Assembly (NCBI GenBank): GCA_041670045.1
Contig: JBAXZY010000001.1
Location: 12,213-76,212, forward strand
Direction: 5' to 3'
Source: Bacilli bacterium
GTDB taxonomy: Bacteria > Bacillota_I > Bacilli_A > RFN20 > CAG-288
Length of the DNA: 64,000 nucleotides
This document shows, in pieces, positions 49,112 to 58,443 of the stretch. The position numbers were made by a program, and so were the translations under genes. The notes under the pieces were generated by a model. It was not told where the DNA came from, made no database searches, and worked only from the letters and a program-made list of their open reading frames with translations. Numbering within the stretch: the stretch's first letter is position 1; every line of letters begins with the position of its first letter.

Positions 49112-50599
49112 TTACCTCACACTCTTATTTCGACGGGTGAATTTATAAAGTGGCATATAGTAGCCGTCATAATCAATTCGATCTTCCAGTTTCGTAGCAA
49201 CATAAGGGATGATTCCTAAGTTAGCCTTCAGGATTCCTAAGATCATCAAGACTAACTGATCGGTGCTGTAGATGTTGACATCATAAGTGGTGATCTCATC
49301 CTTGCCTTGCATGTTTTCTTCAATGAATTCGGTGATGGCTCTATCAGAGAAACGGTTTAGTTCATTATCGAAGACCTGATTCATCAATTCGGTCTGTTCA
49401 TCAAAAGGAATTTCATCTTCCAAAGGCAACGGTTCACCTTCTTCGATTTCCCCTCTTCTGAAGGGCATCGTCAAAGAGGAACTGTCCACATAGCCTTGAC
49501 GGTAGAAGGAAATAGAGTCGCTGGCTTTCTCTAAAAGTGGCATTTCTTCGTACTTTAATGCCGGATTGTTCTTGATTTCATTAGCTAAGGCCAGAATAAT
49601 GCGGTCAATCTTGCCTTTGACGGTCTTATCGTTGCTAGAAAGGTAATTGACCTTTCTTTGAACGGCTTCAGTATAGTTGGCGTTAGCAGAATCGATTTCA
49701 TTGAAGGATGAAGTCAGACGACTGAAGATATCAATGACTTCCTGAATGGTTTTAATGACATTCTTGGCAATGGTGGCTTCTTCAACGGTTCTATTAAGTG
49801 GCTCAGTTTTAGCTTCTCTGACTAATAATGTAATGATTCTTTCGGATTTAAGCCAATTCGAAAGCAGTTTGATAGTCGGCTGAGAATATAAGCCTAAGGA
49901 ATCAAATGTCTTCATCGGATGATAGTATTTATCGGAAATATCGACTCGGTATTCATCAAAATGCTGTTTCAAAGCCTGGTTAGGATCTAAAACCGAAGTC
50001 AGACGATTGCCAAAGACACAGATCTGCTGTCTTAATAAGACAACCGACATCTCAATTGAATCCGCATTCTGACGGGCATTAAGAAGAGAACGATACATAT
50101 AGTCATCTTCTTTCTCGTCTTCCATCTTCAGTTCGGCATAAGTCTGATGGACTAATGGCAGATAGGATCCAATATCACTAGTCAGATCATCCATTATTTT
50201 CAATAGCTGAATGGAATAAGCGGGAATATAAACGTATTCCACGTTGTTCTTTGGATTCTTAGAAATAATGAACCAGCCACAGCGAGAGAGCTTGCGGATG
50301 ATGTAATTGACTTTCTGACTTAATAAAGCCTCAGTATTGTCTAAAGGTATAGTGCTTTCGGCATCGATTTTTTCGATATCGTCATGGTCATCAAGACGGT
50401 CTGTTTCCACATTAAACAAAGACAGGATTTCTTCACCCTGACTCTTTAAAAGATTGGAATAATCGGTCTTTTTTATATCTGTTTTATATAATCGAAGAAG
50501 ATGATAAAGAGAAATCAGTGCGAAGGCATAGATTGATTTATATTTTCGAGATAAAGGGGCAAAAAGGTCTTCTGGAATTTTTTCAAATAAACGAGTCAA
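49112..50599 (-). CDS. Putative MukF/MksF/JetA-like (kleisin) subunit
   Basis: 495 aa and the first gene of the three-gene operon. The assignment is by order and size only. Confidence 0.45.
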   Translation of the reverse strand: MTRLFEKIPEDLFAPLSRKYKSIYAFALISLYHLLRLYKTDIKKTDYSNLLKSQGEEILSLFNVETDRLDDHDDIEKIDAESTIPLDNTEALLSQKVNYIIRKLSRCGWFIISKNPKNNVEYVYIPAYSIQLLKIMDDLTSDIGSYLPLVHQTYAELKMEDEKEDDYMYRSLLNARQNADSIEMSVVLLRQQICVFGNRLTSVLDPNQALKQHFDEYRVDISDKYYHPMKTFDSLGLYSQPTIKLLSNWLKSERIITLLVREAKTEPLNRTVEEATIAKNVIKTIQEVIDIFSRLTSSFNEIDSANANYTEAVQRKVNYLSSNDKTVKGKIDRIILALANEIKNNPALKYEEMPLLEKASDSISFYRQGYVDSSSLTMPFRRGEIEEGEPLPLEDEIPFDEQTELMNQVFDNELNRFSDRAITEFIEENMQGKDEITTYDVNIYSTDQLVLMILGILKANLGIIPYVATKLEDRIDYDGYYMPLYKFTRRNKSVR

Positions 50600-50835
50600 G
50601 GTTATTACCTACCTTTCGGTAATTAATTCAACTACTGAAAATTATAATAGACCATTTCTTTTAATACAATAGAAAACAGGAAATTTATTTTAGTCTTCAA
50701 TACACTTTCATAGGAAACAACTTTTTTGTCAGTAACGACTATACATGTACTCAAAATGGCAATTTAGTTTGATTAAGCTCACATAGAGGCAAAACCTAGC
50801 TCAAGTAAGGGACAAGGAGTGCTATAATTCAATTT

Positions 50836-51762
50836 ATGGAATCGCGGTATTCAGAGCTTACCAAAGGTCTCAGTTTGGCAAAAAAAGAAAGAATCTGGGA
50901 AATAGATTTCCTTAGATGCCTTCCTTTAATATTGATGGTTTTATATCACTTTTGTTTTGATATGGACTTTCTTCCCTCAGTCATCAGCAACTACGCTGCT
51001 TTCAGCACCAGTCATCCTGGCTTTAGTGCCTTTCAGATTTATGCCGCCGGAGTCAGTGAAAGCCCTGATATTGAGCTCTACCTAGTACCATTGTTTGGAG
51101 GAATCTTCCTTTTTGTCTGTGGGCTGTCGACTTCCTTATCCCACAACAATTTAAGAAGAGGCCTATTGCTTTGGTTAGGAGCTTTAGTCATATCTTTGGC
51201 AACTGGACTAGCTAGTTACTTTTTAGAATCAGACCTCTTTATTAATTTCGGTGTGATTCATTTAATGGCCTTCTGTGTGACTCTCTATGCTCTCCTCGAT
51301 TCCCTTTCTTTGAAGCTATTTAAAAAGGAACTCTCTTCTTTGTTCCTTTTGGCTTTAGGGTTACTCATCCTTTTGATAGGTGTCTTCCTGAACATTGGTT
51401 TTAAAACCTCAACTGGCAGTATCTATATCTGGCCAGTTACCTTCTCTAATGGAGGATTGGTGAACATGCTTAAGAAAGATCCCTGGTCATTAGTTTTATC
51501 TGCCCTTGGCTACTATGCCAACACCACTGACTGGTGGCCGATATTTCCTTTTGGGGGTGTCATATTCATTGGCATGGCTTTAGGAAAGAATCTTTATGGG
51601 ACTACCCATCAATCCTTGTTCCCAAAAATAAGCAACTGTAAAGTCATCAAGCCTTTTTGCTTCTTTGGCCGTCACACCATTTGGGTGTATCTGCTCCATC
51701 AACCGATTCTTATTTTAATTCTTTTTGTCGTCTTAACAGCAATGGGAGCAAAAATAATATGA
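50836..51762 (+). CDS. Integral membrane protein, DUF1624/HGSNAT-like acyltransferase family
   Basis: 'WEIDFLRCLPLILMVLYHF' is typical of the DUF1624 N-terminus, and there are ~9 TM helices. Confidence 0.5.
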   Translation: MESRYSELTKGLSLAKKERIWEIDFLRCLPLILMVLYHFCFDMDFLPSVISNYAAFSTSHPGFSAFQIYAAGVSESPDIELYLVPLFGGIFLFVCGLSTSLSHNNLRRGLLLWLGALVISLATGLASYFLESDLFINFGVIHLMAFCVTLYALLDSLSLKLFKKELSSLFLLALGLLILLIGVFLNIGFKTSTGSIYIWPVTFSNGGLVNMLKKDPWSLVLSALGYYANTTDWWPIFPFGGVIFIGMALGKNLYGTTHQSLFPKISNCKVIKPFCFFGRHTIWVYLLHQPILILILFVVLTAMGAKII

Positions 51763-53348
51763 CATTATATCAATCACTTAAACAATATGACGGAAGTCCT
51801 AAGACAGCCCTCTATTTCCGAAGTGAAAGTATCAGCTACTCGTCATTGATCAAAAGAGTGGATTCCTATGCCGACAAGCTTGTAAGTTTAGGAATAACTG
51901 AAAACACAGTAGTTTCAATTCTAGCTCCAAACGTTCCGGAAACTGTCATTGCTTTATATGCTTTGAATAAAATAGGTGCCATCGTCACTATTCTTCATCC
52001 TCTCATTCCACCGTCAATGCTATTAGAATCACTTCGTGAAACTAAAAGCTGGTACCTATTAATTCTGGATGCCCGTTATCATTCATATGAAAATGAGTTA
52101 AAGAGTTTTCCTATTCCAGTTTTCTTTCTGACAGCTTACCCGGATTTAAAGCCTTTGATAAAATTAGGATTCAAAATCGGATACCATAAAAGTCTGACTT
52201 CTATCAATAAAGAAAAATACCTATACCTAATTCAATCCCCTAAAAGAAAATTCAAAACCAACACTGATGATCAAAAACCATCAGTCTACTTACGAAGTGG
52301 AGGAACCACTGGCAAGAGCAAGACCGTCATTTTAAATGATACGAATATTCTCTACCCTGGAAGCCAGTCTGAGATTATCCTCAATCATGACTTATCAAAT
52401 GTTTCAATGATTGGTTTATTACCCATGTTTCATGGATTTGGTTTGTCAATGGGTATTGTGGCCCCTTTAATGAACCAGGCTGCCAGCTGCTTAATGATTA
52501 AGTTCAATTCCAACGAAATCATTAGAAAAATAAAGCAAGGAAAACTAAATGTATTAATTACGATTCCTTATATGACAGAGAAGCTATTAGCCAATAAACA
52601 TTTCAAAGGAAAAATGCTACAGAAAATATACGCTACTTATATTGGTTCTGATAAACCAGATCCACGTCTATTTAATCACTTCAATGATCTGATGGAAGAA
52701 TATGGTTCTCAGAATAGATTGTTGGAAGGATATGGATTAACAGAAACCGTGACTGTGAATTTTGTAAATACATTGTCAAACAATAAAACAGGTTCAGTAG
52801 GGAAACCATTACATCAAGTGAGATTCAGAATTTGCAAAGACAACGATTATAGAAACGACATCGGCCCCAATAAAGTTGGACAGATTTTAATCAGTTCACC
52901 AACAGTCTGCTTAGGTTACCTAAATACAAAACAAGAAGATCAGCCTTTTTATATTGATGCTGATGACACCCGTTATTTAATCACTGGTGATGAAGGGTAT
53001 TATGATTCAGACGGTTATTTGTTCTTTAAAAACCGGGAACATGAAGTCTATAAAATTGCCGGCTATAACATCTTCCCTACCGACATAGAGCAAACCGCAA
53101 ATAAAGTAAAAGGCGTCAAACAAGCTGTAGTCCTTTTCCATGAAAACAAAAATCATCCTTATCTATCATTGATTATAATCAGTGATAAAACTAAGGATGA
53201 TTCAGTGCTTCTAATAGATGTCAAAGACTACTTAGAGAAGAAACTAATCAAATATGCTCTTCCAGAAAAGACGTTCATCTTAGAAAGTCTTCCTCATACG
53301 GCAATCGGTAAGATCGATAAAGCTAAGTTAATTTGTTTAGGTTACTAG
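51759..53348 (+). CDS. AMP-dependent synthetase/ligase (acyl-CoA synthetase family). Start ATG 51759 overlaps the upstream stop (ATGA); the ORF track gives 51657.
   Basis: 'YLRSGGTTGKSKTV' (AMP-binding P-loop), 'GYGLTE' and 'ITGDEGYYDSDGYLFF' are the adenylation-domain motifs. Confidence 0.8.
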   Translation: MTLYQSLKQYDGSPKTALYFRSESISYSSLIKRVDSYADKLVSLGITENTVVSILAPNVPETVIALYALNKIGAIVTILHPLIPPSMLLESLRETKSWYLLILDARYHSYENELKSFPIPVFFLTAYPDLKPLIKLGFKIGYHKSLTSINKEKYLYLIQSPKRKFKTNTDDQKPSVYLRSGGTTGKSKTVILNDTNILYPGSQSEIILNHDLSNVSMIGLLPMFHGFGLSMGIVAPLMNQAASCLMIKFNSNEIIRKIKQGKLNVLITIPYMTEKLLANKHFKGKMLQKIYATYIGSDKPDPRLFNHFNDLMEEYGSQNRLLEGYGLTETVTVNFVNTLSNNKTGSVGKPLHQVRFRICKDNDYRNDIGPNKVGQILISSPTVCLGYLNTKQEDQPFYIDADDTRYLITGDEGYYDSDGYLFFKNREHEVYKIAGYNIFPTDIEQTANKVKGVKQAVVLFHENKNHPYLSLIIISDKTKDDSVLLIDVKDYLEKKLIKYALPEKTFILESLPHTAIGKIDKAKLICLGY

Positions 53349-53422
53349 GTTAGTTTATTATGTTAGTTTAAAGTTGCTTATTATTATAATAATTGAATTT
53401 ATAATTTTTATACTAATGTCTA

Positions 53423-54643
53423 CTATGCATAGAAAGAGCCATTAATGATATGGGCACCATTAATAGTGATGCCGGCTTTATCATATCCGACTCCTAATAC
53501 CATCTCGCCACGATAGGAAACAACATTAGAAGTGTAGTAAATAGTGGCAACCGCATCTACATAATCGGTAACCTTGGAATGATATTCACCAGAAACGGTA
53601 AAGGTGCCGGATTTGGAATCAAAATGATAAAGTAAATCAACAATCATATCTTTAGAAGCAGCACCAAAATTATCATACCCGCCCCATTCATCCATATAGA
53701 AAGATCCACAGCTTCCAGCCACTCCACCAGGATTCCATGTACCCCATCCCCACCAATCAGAACGGAACGTCCATCCGCCATTTGTCCAATTAGGTGAATA
53801 AATTTCTGATACCCAATTGTAGTTGACTGCTGGATAAGCATCTAGTTTTTTGTTTTCAAAAGAAATAAGGAAATCAAAATCTTCGGTTCCATCAAATTTC
53901 CAAGTGGCCACAGCAGAATTCCATTTGTCCCCGCTATCTGCAATCGGAGTCGTCACTAAATCAGCATTAAAGCCATTTTCATCGAGCAATTCATAATCAA
54001 TAGGTGAAGCATCATCAAAGAAAGAAGACTGATAACTTCCTAAATGGTTGTTAACTTTGGCCTGGAAAATCATTATTGTATCAGTTGATTTTCTAAATCC
54101 TAGCGTTTTATAAGTGACATAAAGTTCAAAAGATGCCTTATATAGCTTAGTTTTACTATCCAATGCCATCTTACCGCAATAGCCTTCAGTAAAATTCATC
54201 AGGCCATTTGTAGATGCATAAATGCTCTCCCTGACCGTGGGCTTTTCATAAGTACTGATTCCAATTTCAAAGGAATCACTATCGGAATACAAAGTCTTTC
54301 CAGTTAAAGGAACATCAGTGTAGAGTTCTGCAAAAACAAAAATACCTTTGGTTGAAGTAGTAGCATAAAATGTAGCATAATTCTTTTCGTCTTTACTAAT
54401 GGTATATGAATTAGCTTTAACTTTTTCAGTGTAGTTCTTTTCGTTCATAATACCGTCATAATCTAATAAAGGAGCTGAAGAAGAAATCTTAGTGCTAGAT
54501 GAAGAACTAACTTCCACGGAGTCCGAGTCGGAATTGCTGATCTGACTAGTATCGGAATTTGAAGATGTTCCACCACAGCTAAACAACGACAATAAAATAA
54601 TTGAAGAAAGAACAATAGTCTTCTTGGATTGAGTGTGTTTCAT
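53423..54643 (-). CDS. Lipoprotein of unknown function (beta-rich)
   Basis: 'LLSLFSCGG' is the lipobox and a Ser-rich linker follows. The protein is 406 aa. Confidence 0.6.
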   Translation of the reverse strand: MKHTQSKKTIVLSSIILLSLFSCGGTSSNSDTSQISNSDSDSVEVSSSSSTKISSSAPLLDYDGIMNEKNYTEKVKANSYTISKDEKNYATFYATTSTKGIFVFAELYTDVPLTGKTLYSDSDSFEIGISTYEKPTVRESIYASTNGLMNFTEGYCGKMALDSKTKLYKASFELYVTYKTLGFRKSTDTIMIFQAKVNNHLGSYQSSFFDDASPIDYELLDENGFNADLVTTPIADSGDKWNSAVATWKFDGTEDFDFLISFENKKLDAYPAVNYNWVSEIYSPNWTNGGWTFRSDWWGWGTWNPGGVAGSCGSFYMDEWGGYDNFGAASKDMIVDLLYHFDSKSGTFTVSGEYHSKVTDYVDAVATIYYTSNVVSYRGEMVLGVGYDKAGITINGAHIINGSFYA

Positions 54644-54716
54644 ATTATAAAAAAGTCCCCCTTTTTGAATCTATTTTCATTAGAACTGTATATAGTAGAA
54701 TATCTAGGCCTTAAAA

Positions 54717-57464
54717 CTAATGAAGTCTTTTAGATTTTTTGTTTCTTTTAATTAATAGAAAGCCTCCAAAACCTAATAATACACACAATGAGATGGTAAT
54801 TCCTAATATTAGCCCAATATTGCTTGTCTTTTCAGGTGTTGTTTCATCTTTTTCTTCTTGATAAACGGCATTCAAAGAATCATATTCGGTTTCCCCATTT
54901 TTGAAAGTGAGCTTTAATTTATGTATTCCTTTGGTACCTTTAAGGGTAATAACTCCATTGCTAGGAAGACAGTCAAGGCCGTCAAAAGTGAAAGAACAAT
55001 CAGTCATATTTTCCGGCAAATTCAAAGAATAGGTTGCGTCATCTGTGAATGAAATATTAAAGCACTGAACATAAGCATTATTACTATCAGTATATGAATA
55101 AAAGCTTTGATTTTTAGATAATGAATTAATGAGGATATCATCTTTAGCTATTTCTTTTGGAGAAAAAATTAAAGTATCCATTTGATCATTCACTTTAAGA
55201 AGAATATTGATTACTTGTTTAGCATTCCACAGCAATCGCTCTTTTGAAAGGCTCCCATTATTCAAAGCTGTGAGAACCTTTTGAACATTACCCGATAATG
55301 ATTGAACCGATGTTCCTGCTAATAGATTATCAACTTGGGAGCTGGAAGCATTCCAATCCGTAATACATACTCCATTGAATCCCCATTCGTCTCTTAGCAA
55401 AGAACTTACAAACTGATAATTGGAAGAAACATATTTTCCATTCGCTTGATTATAAGAAGTCATGATGGAATAAGGGTGAGCTTCTTTCACAGCAATTTCA
55501 AACCCCTTAAGATAGACTTCACGTAAGGCTCTTTCGGACACTTGAGCATCATAAGAAAAACGATTTGTTTCCTGTGAGTTTACGGCAAAATGCTTTAAAC
55601 ATACAGCCACTCCCAATGATTGGCATCCGTTTATTATATTTGAGCTGAATTTTCCTGAAATGAGAGGATCTTCACTAGCATATTCAAAATTTCGACCTCC
55701 AAGAGGATTACGGTGAATATTAATAGCGGGAGCCAACCACATCTGAATACCATCTTTTTTAGCTTCGGCTCCAACCGCCTGACCATATTGATAGGCGAGT
55801 TCTTCGTTCCACGTTGATGACAGCATCGTCATGCAAGGATACCAAGTTGATGTTGTACCATCAGTAAGTCTTAAACCAGCAGGTCCGTCACTACAGCCAA
55901 TATTTGGGATACCGTAAATACTATTAATATTCTTTCCGCCAAAACCTCCTACCGATGTAGAAGAAGAACCAATATCAGTTGTCAGCTGACAAAGGTTAGC
56001 TAAATCCTCATTGCTAAGTTGGTTTAAAAAGTCATCAATAAGGTCATTATTTTCATAGACTTCTTTGAAAGTAATTGTATCTTCAGAAGCAGCTTCTTTT
56101 TCTTCATGCCGGCCAAGAATTTTAGCTTCTTTTTTATCATCATTATGTGGCTCATAAGATAGGCTCTCATATTCACCATCAGCTTTTAATCTACTACTTA
56201 AAGCAGTCGGTGAAAGATCGGCTATTGATGCTTCCTTAACTTCATCTTCGGCTAAATTATAAGAATAAACGCTTGATGAATTTTGAGCTTCTTTTACTGA
56301 CGATCCTAAAAACAAATTATAGGTTCCCTTTTCTAAAACATAACAGTGGTTACTTATAGCACCGGTATCATCAAACGAAGCAAAGTCATCCAAATCGAAT
56401 GAAACATTAAGAATCTGACTTTGATTAGGACTTAGCAAATCAGATTTGGCAAATCCGACAAGATTCATTGCTTCTTTGCCTAACCGGCCTTGCGGTTCTG
56501 ATAAATATAACTGGGCCACTTCTTTTCCAGCCACTTTGCCAGTATTAGTTACTTTGATACTGACGTCTATCTGATTTCCCGCCTGGGTAATATTTTCGGC
56601 ACTCATTTCAAAGGTCGTATATGAAAGACCATAACCAAAAGGGTAGCAAACCTCAGCATATGTGGGATCAAAGGTTGAAAAATAACGATAGCCGACAAAA
56701 ATATCTTCGCTGTATTCAATGATATGGTTTCCTGATCCGAAATTTGAAGAGGAAGGATAATCCTCATAGCTTTTTGCCCACGTGTCAACTGTCTTTCCAG
56801 ATGGATTGGTTTGACCGGTGAGAACATTGGCTAAAGCAAATCCAGAAGCATAGCCGGCATAATAGGCACAAACAATCGCTCCAACGTCTTCTTCAATTAA
56901 CCAAGAAGTATCAATCACACCACCCGTATTTAAAACAATTACAACATTTTCATTCCCGTAATTAGAAATAAGAGTGGCAATATCCTGCTTTTCAGTATCT
57001 GACAAATAATAATATTTACTTTCGGAATTATCGGCGCCTTCAGTTGTGATCCTAGATACTACATAAATGGCTTTGTTATAGTCACCAACAGTATCAACGG
57101 CAGCGTTTTTATAACTTTCTATAAGTTTATTGGATAAGGCTTTTTTTAAGCCAACATCATAATTCACAGTCAGGGAATTATTGACTTCTCCCGAACCTTT
57201 TCCACCCATATAGGTATAGGTCATTCCTTTACCGACTCCAAGGATTCTATCTTCAGAAGTAAAAGGAAGAACCGAATAGTCATTTTTTAGAAGAACAATT
57301 CCTTCATTGGCAATATCAGAGGCTATTTCTCGGTTTGAAACAATGGCACCGGATATTTTCTTAGTAGGATTAATTAAAGAAGAAAGGGGACACTCGGTAT
57401 TAGAAAAAGCAGGCAAAGAAAAAGCCGTTAAAACGGCCAGCAGTTCTCTAATAGCTTTGCTCAT
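54717..57464 (-). CDS. Glycoside hydrolase family 3 beta-glucosidase-like enzyme, domain-permuted, with an N-terminal signal peptide and a C-terminal TM anchor. The likely start is ATG at 57464 after GGAGG; the ORF track gives 57533.
   Basis: The GH3 C-domain and FnIII-like region ('PFGYGLSYTTFE') come first. The GH3 catalytic domain then follows ('GGRNFEYASEDP', 'KHFAVNSQE', nucleophile region 'GVCITDW'). The C-terminal 'IGLILGITISLCVLLGFGGFLLIKRNKKSKR' is the anchor. Confidence 0.8.
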   Translation of the reverse strand: MSKAIRELLAVLTAFSLPAFSNTECPLSSLINPTKKISGAIVSNREIASDIANEGIVLLKNDYSVLPFTSEDRILGVGKGMTYTYMGGKGSGEVNNSLTVNYDVGLKKALSNKLIESYKNAAVDTVGDYNKAIYVVSRITTEGADNSESKYYYLSDTEKQDIATLISNYGNENVVIVLNTGGVIDTSWLIEEDVGAIVCAYYAGYASGFALANVLTGQTNPSGKTVDTWAKSYEDYPSSSNFGSGNHIIEYSEDIFVGYRYFSTFDPTYAEVCYPFGYGLSYTTFEMSAENITQAGNQIDVSIKVTNTGKVAGKEVAQLYLSEPQGRLGKEAMNLVGFAKSDLLSPNQSQILNVSFDLDDFASFDDTGAISNHCYVLEKGTYNLFLGSSVKEAQNSSSVYSYNLAEDEVKEASIADLSPTALSSRLKADGEYESLSYEPHNDDKKEAKILGRHEEKEAASEDTITFKEVYENNDLIDDFLNQLSNEDLANLCQLTTDIGSSSTSVGGFGGKNINSIYGIPNIGCSDGPAGLRLTDGTTSTWYPCMTMLSSTWNEELAYQYGQAVGAEAKKDGIQMWLAPAINIHRNPLGGRNFEYASEDPLISGKFSSNIINGCQSLGVAVCLKHFAVNSQETNRFSYDAQVSERALREVYLKGFEIAVKEAHPYSIMTSYNQANGKYVSSNYQFVSSLLRDEWGFNGVCITDWNASSSQVDNLLAGTSVQSLSGNVQKVLTALNNGSLSKERLLWNAKQVINILLKVNDQMDTLIFSPKEIAKDDILINSLSKNQSFYSYTDSNNAYVQCFNISFTDDATYSLNLPENMTDCSFTFDGLDCLPSNGVITLKGTKGIHKLKLTFKNGETEYDSLNAVYQEEKDETTPEKTSNIGLILGITISLCVLLGFGGFLLIKRNKKSKRLH

Positions 57465-57625
57465 AAAGCATTCCTCCTTTAGCATCAATCTAACCATAAT
57501 GATTATGGAGCTTAATTTTCGAATCAAGAACATTAAAAATAAAACTTATTCAAAAATAAGCATAATAGATAACTGCACACAAAAGACTCGTATCAGTATC
57601 TAATTAAAATAGAAAGAGTTGCTTT

Positions 57626-58438
57626 CTATCTTTTTTTGCAATGCTTAGTATCAATTAAGACACGGTTAAGCTTCTTATCAGAATAATGGTTAAGTTTCTT
57701 AACTAATACAGGATCACTCTTTTTCATTTCTTCAAGACTCTGAGCAATCATGCTTTGAACCTTATCAGCAATTTCCTTCGTAGAAAGATTCTCATAATCC
57801 TTAGGATACAAAGGAGTAAGGAAACGAACCTGAATCGGATAAGCATGATAATGATAATGAGGATTAAGAATTCGATCCGTTAAATATAAAGCCACCGGAC
57901 AAATGGGAAGATTGTTGTTTACTGCGACCTTGAAGCTTCCAGGATGGAAGGTTCCTAACTTGAAATCCGGTCCTAAAGATCGTGTCCCTTCAGGGAAGAT
58001 AACATATGAAAGCCCATTGTTTCTATTCAAAATGCTTTCGATGTTTTTAATTGCTAATATCTCACTTCTTAAGTCTTCACGATCAATGAAGGTACCATTC
58101 AATGCAATATTTGTTTTACCAATTATTGGCATTTTTGTGGCTTCTTTTTTAGCCATGAATCCTATTGGACGGTCAGAGATAGCAACCATTGTTATCGGAT
58201 CCCCATTTGAGGTGTGATTGGGTGTAAATAAAACCTGACCTTTAGGGAGCTTCTCCTGTCCCGAAATATAGAAGACAGCATGAAAAGAAGAATGGTTGAT
58301 ATTCTTAATCAGTCTTTGGAACCGATTGAATTTTTCGTTCAAATCAAAATTTTCAGGATGCTTGCTTGTCTTATTAACATAAGGCATGTCATGAATGATG
58401 TGTGGAAGAGCGGAAAACACTAATCGTAAATATTTCAT
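57626..58438 (-). CDS. 1-acyl-sn-glycerol-3-phosphate acyltransferase-like (LPLAT family)
   Basis: 'NHTSNGD' is the H(x)4D motif and 'FPEGTRS' is block III. Confidence 0.8.
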   Translation of the reverse strand: MKYLRLVFSALPHIIHDMPYVNKTSKHPENFDLNEKFNRFQRLIKNINHSSFHAVFYISGQEKLPKGQVLFTPNHTSNGDPITMVAISDRPIGFMAKKEATKMPIIGKTNIALNGTFIDREDLRSEILAIKNIESILNRNNGLSYVIFPEGTRSLGPDFKLGTFHPGSFKVAVNNNLPICPVALYLTDRILNPHYHYHAYPIQVRFLTPLYPKDYENLSTKEIADKVQSMIAQSLEEMKKSDPVLVKKLNHYSDKKLNRVLIDTKHCKKR

Positions 58439-58443
58439 TTCAT

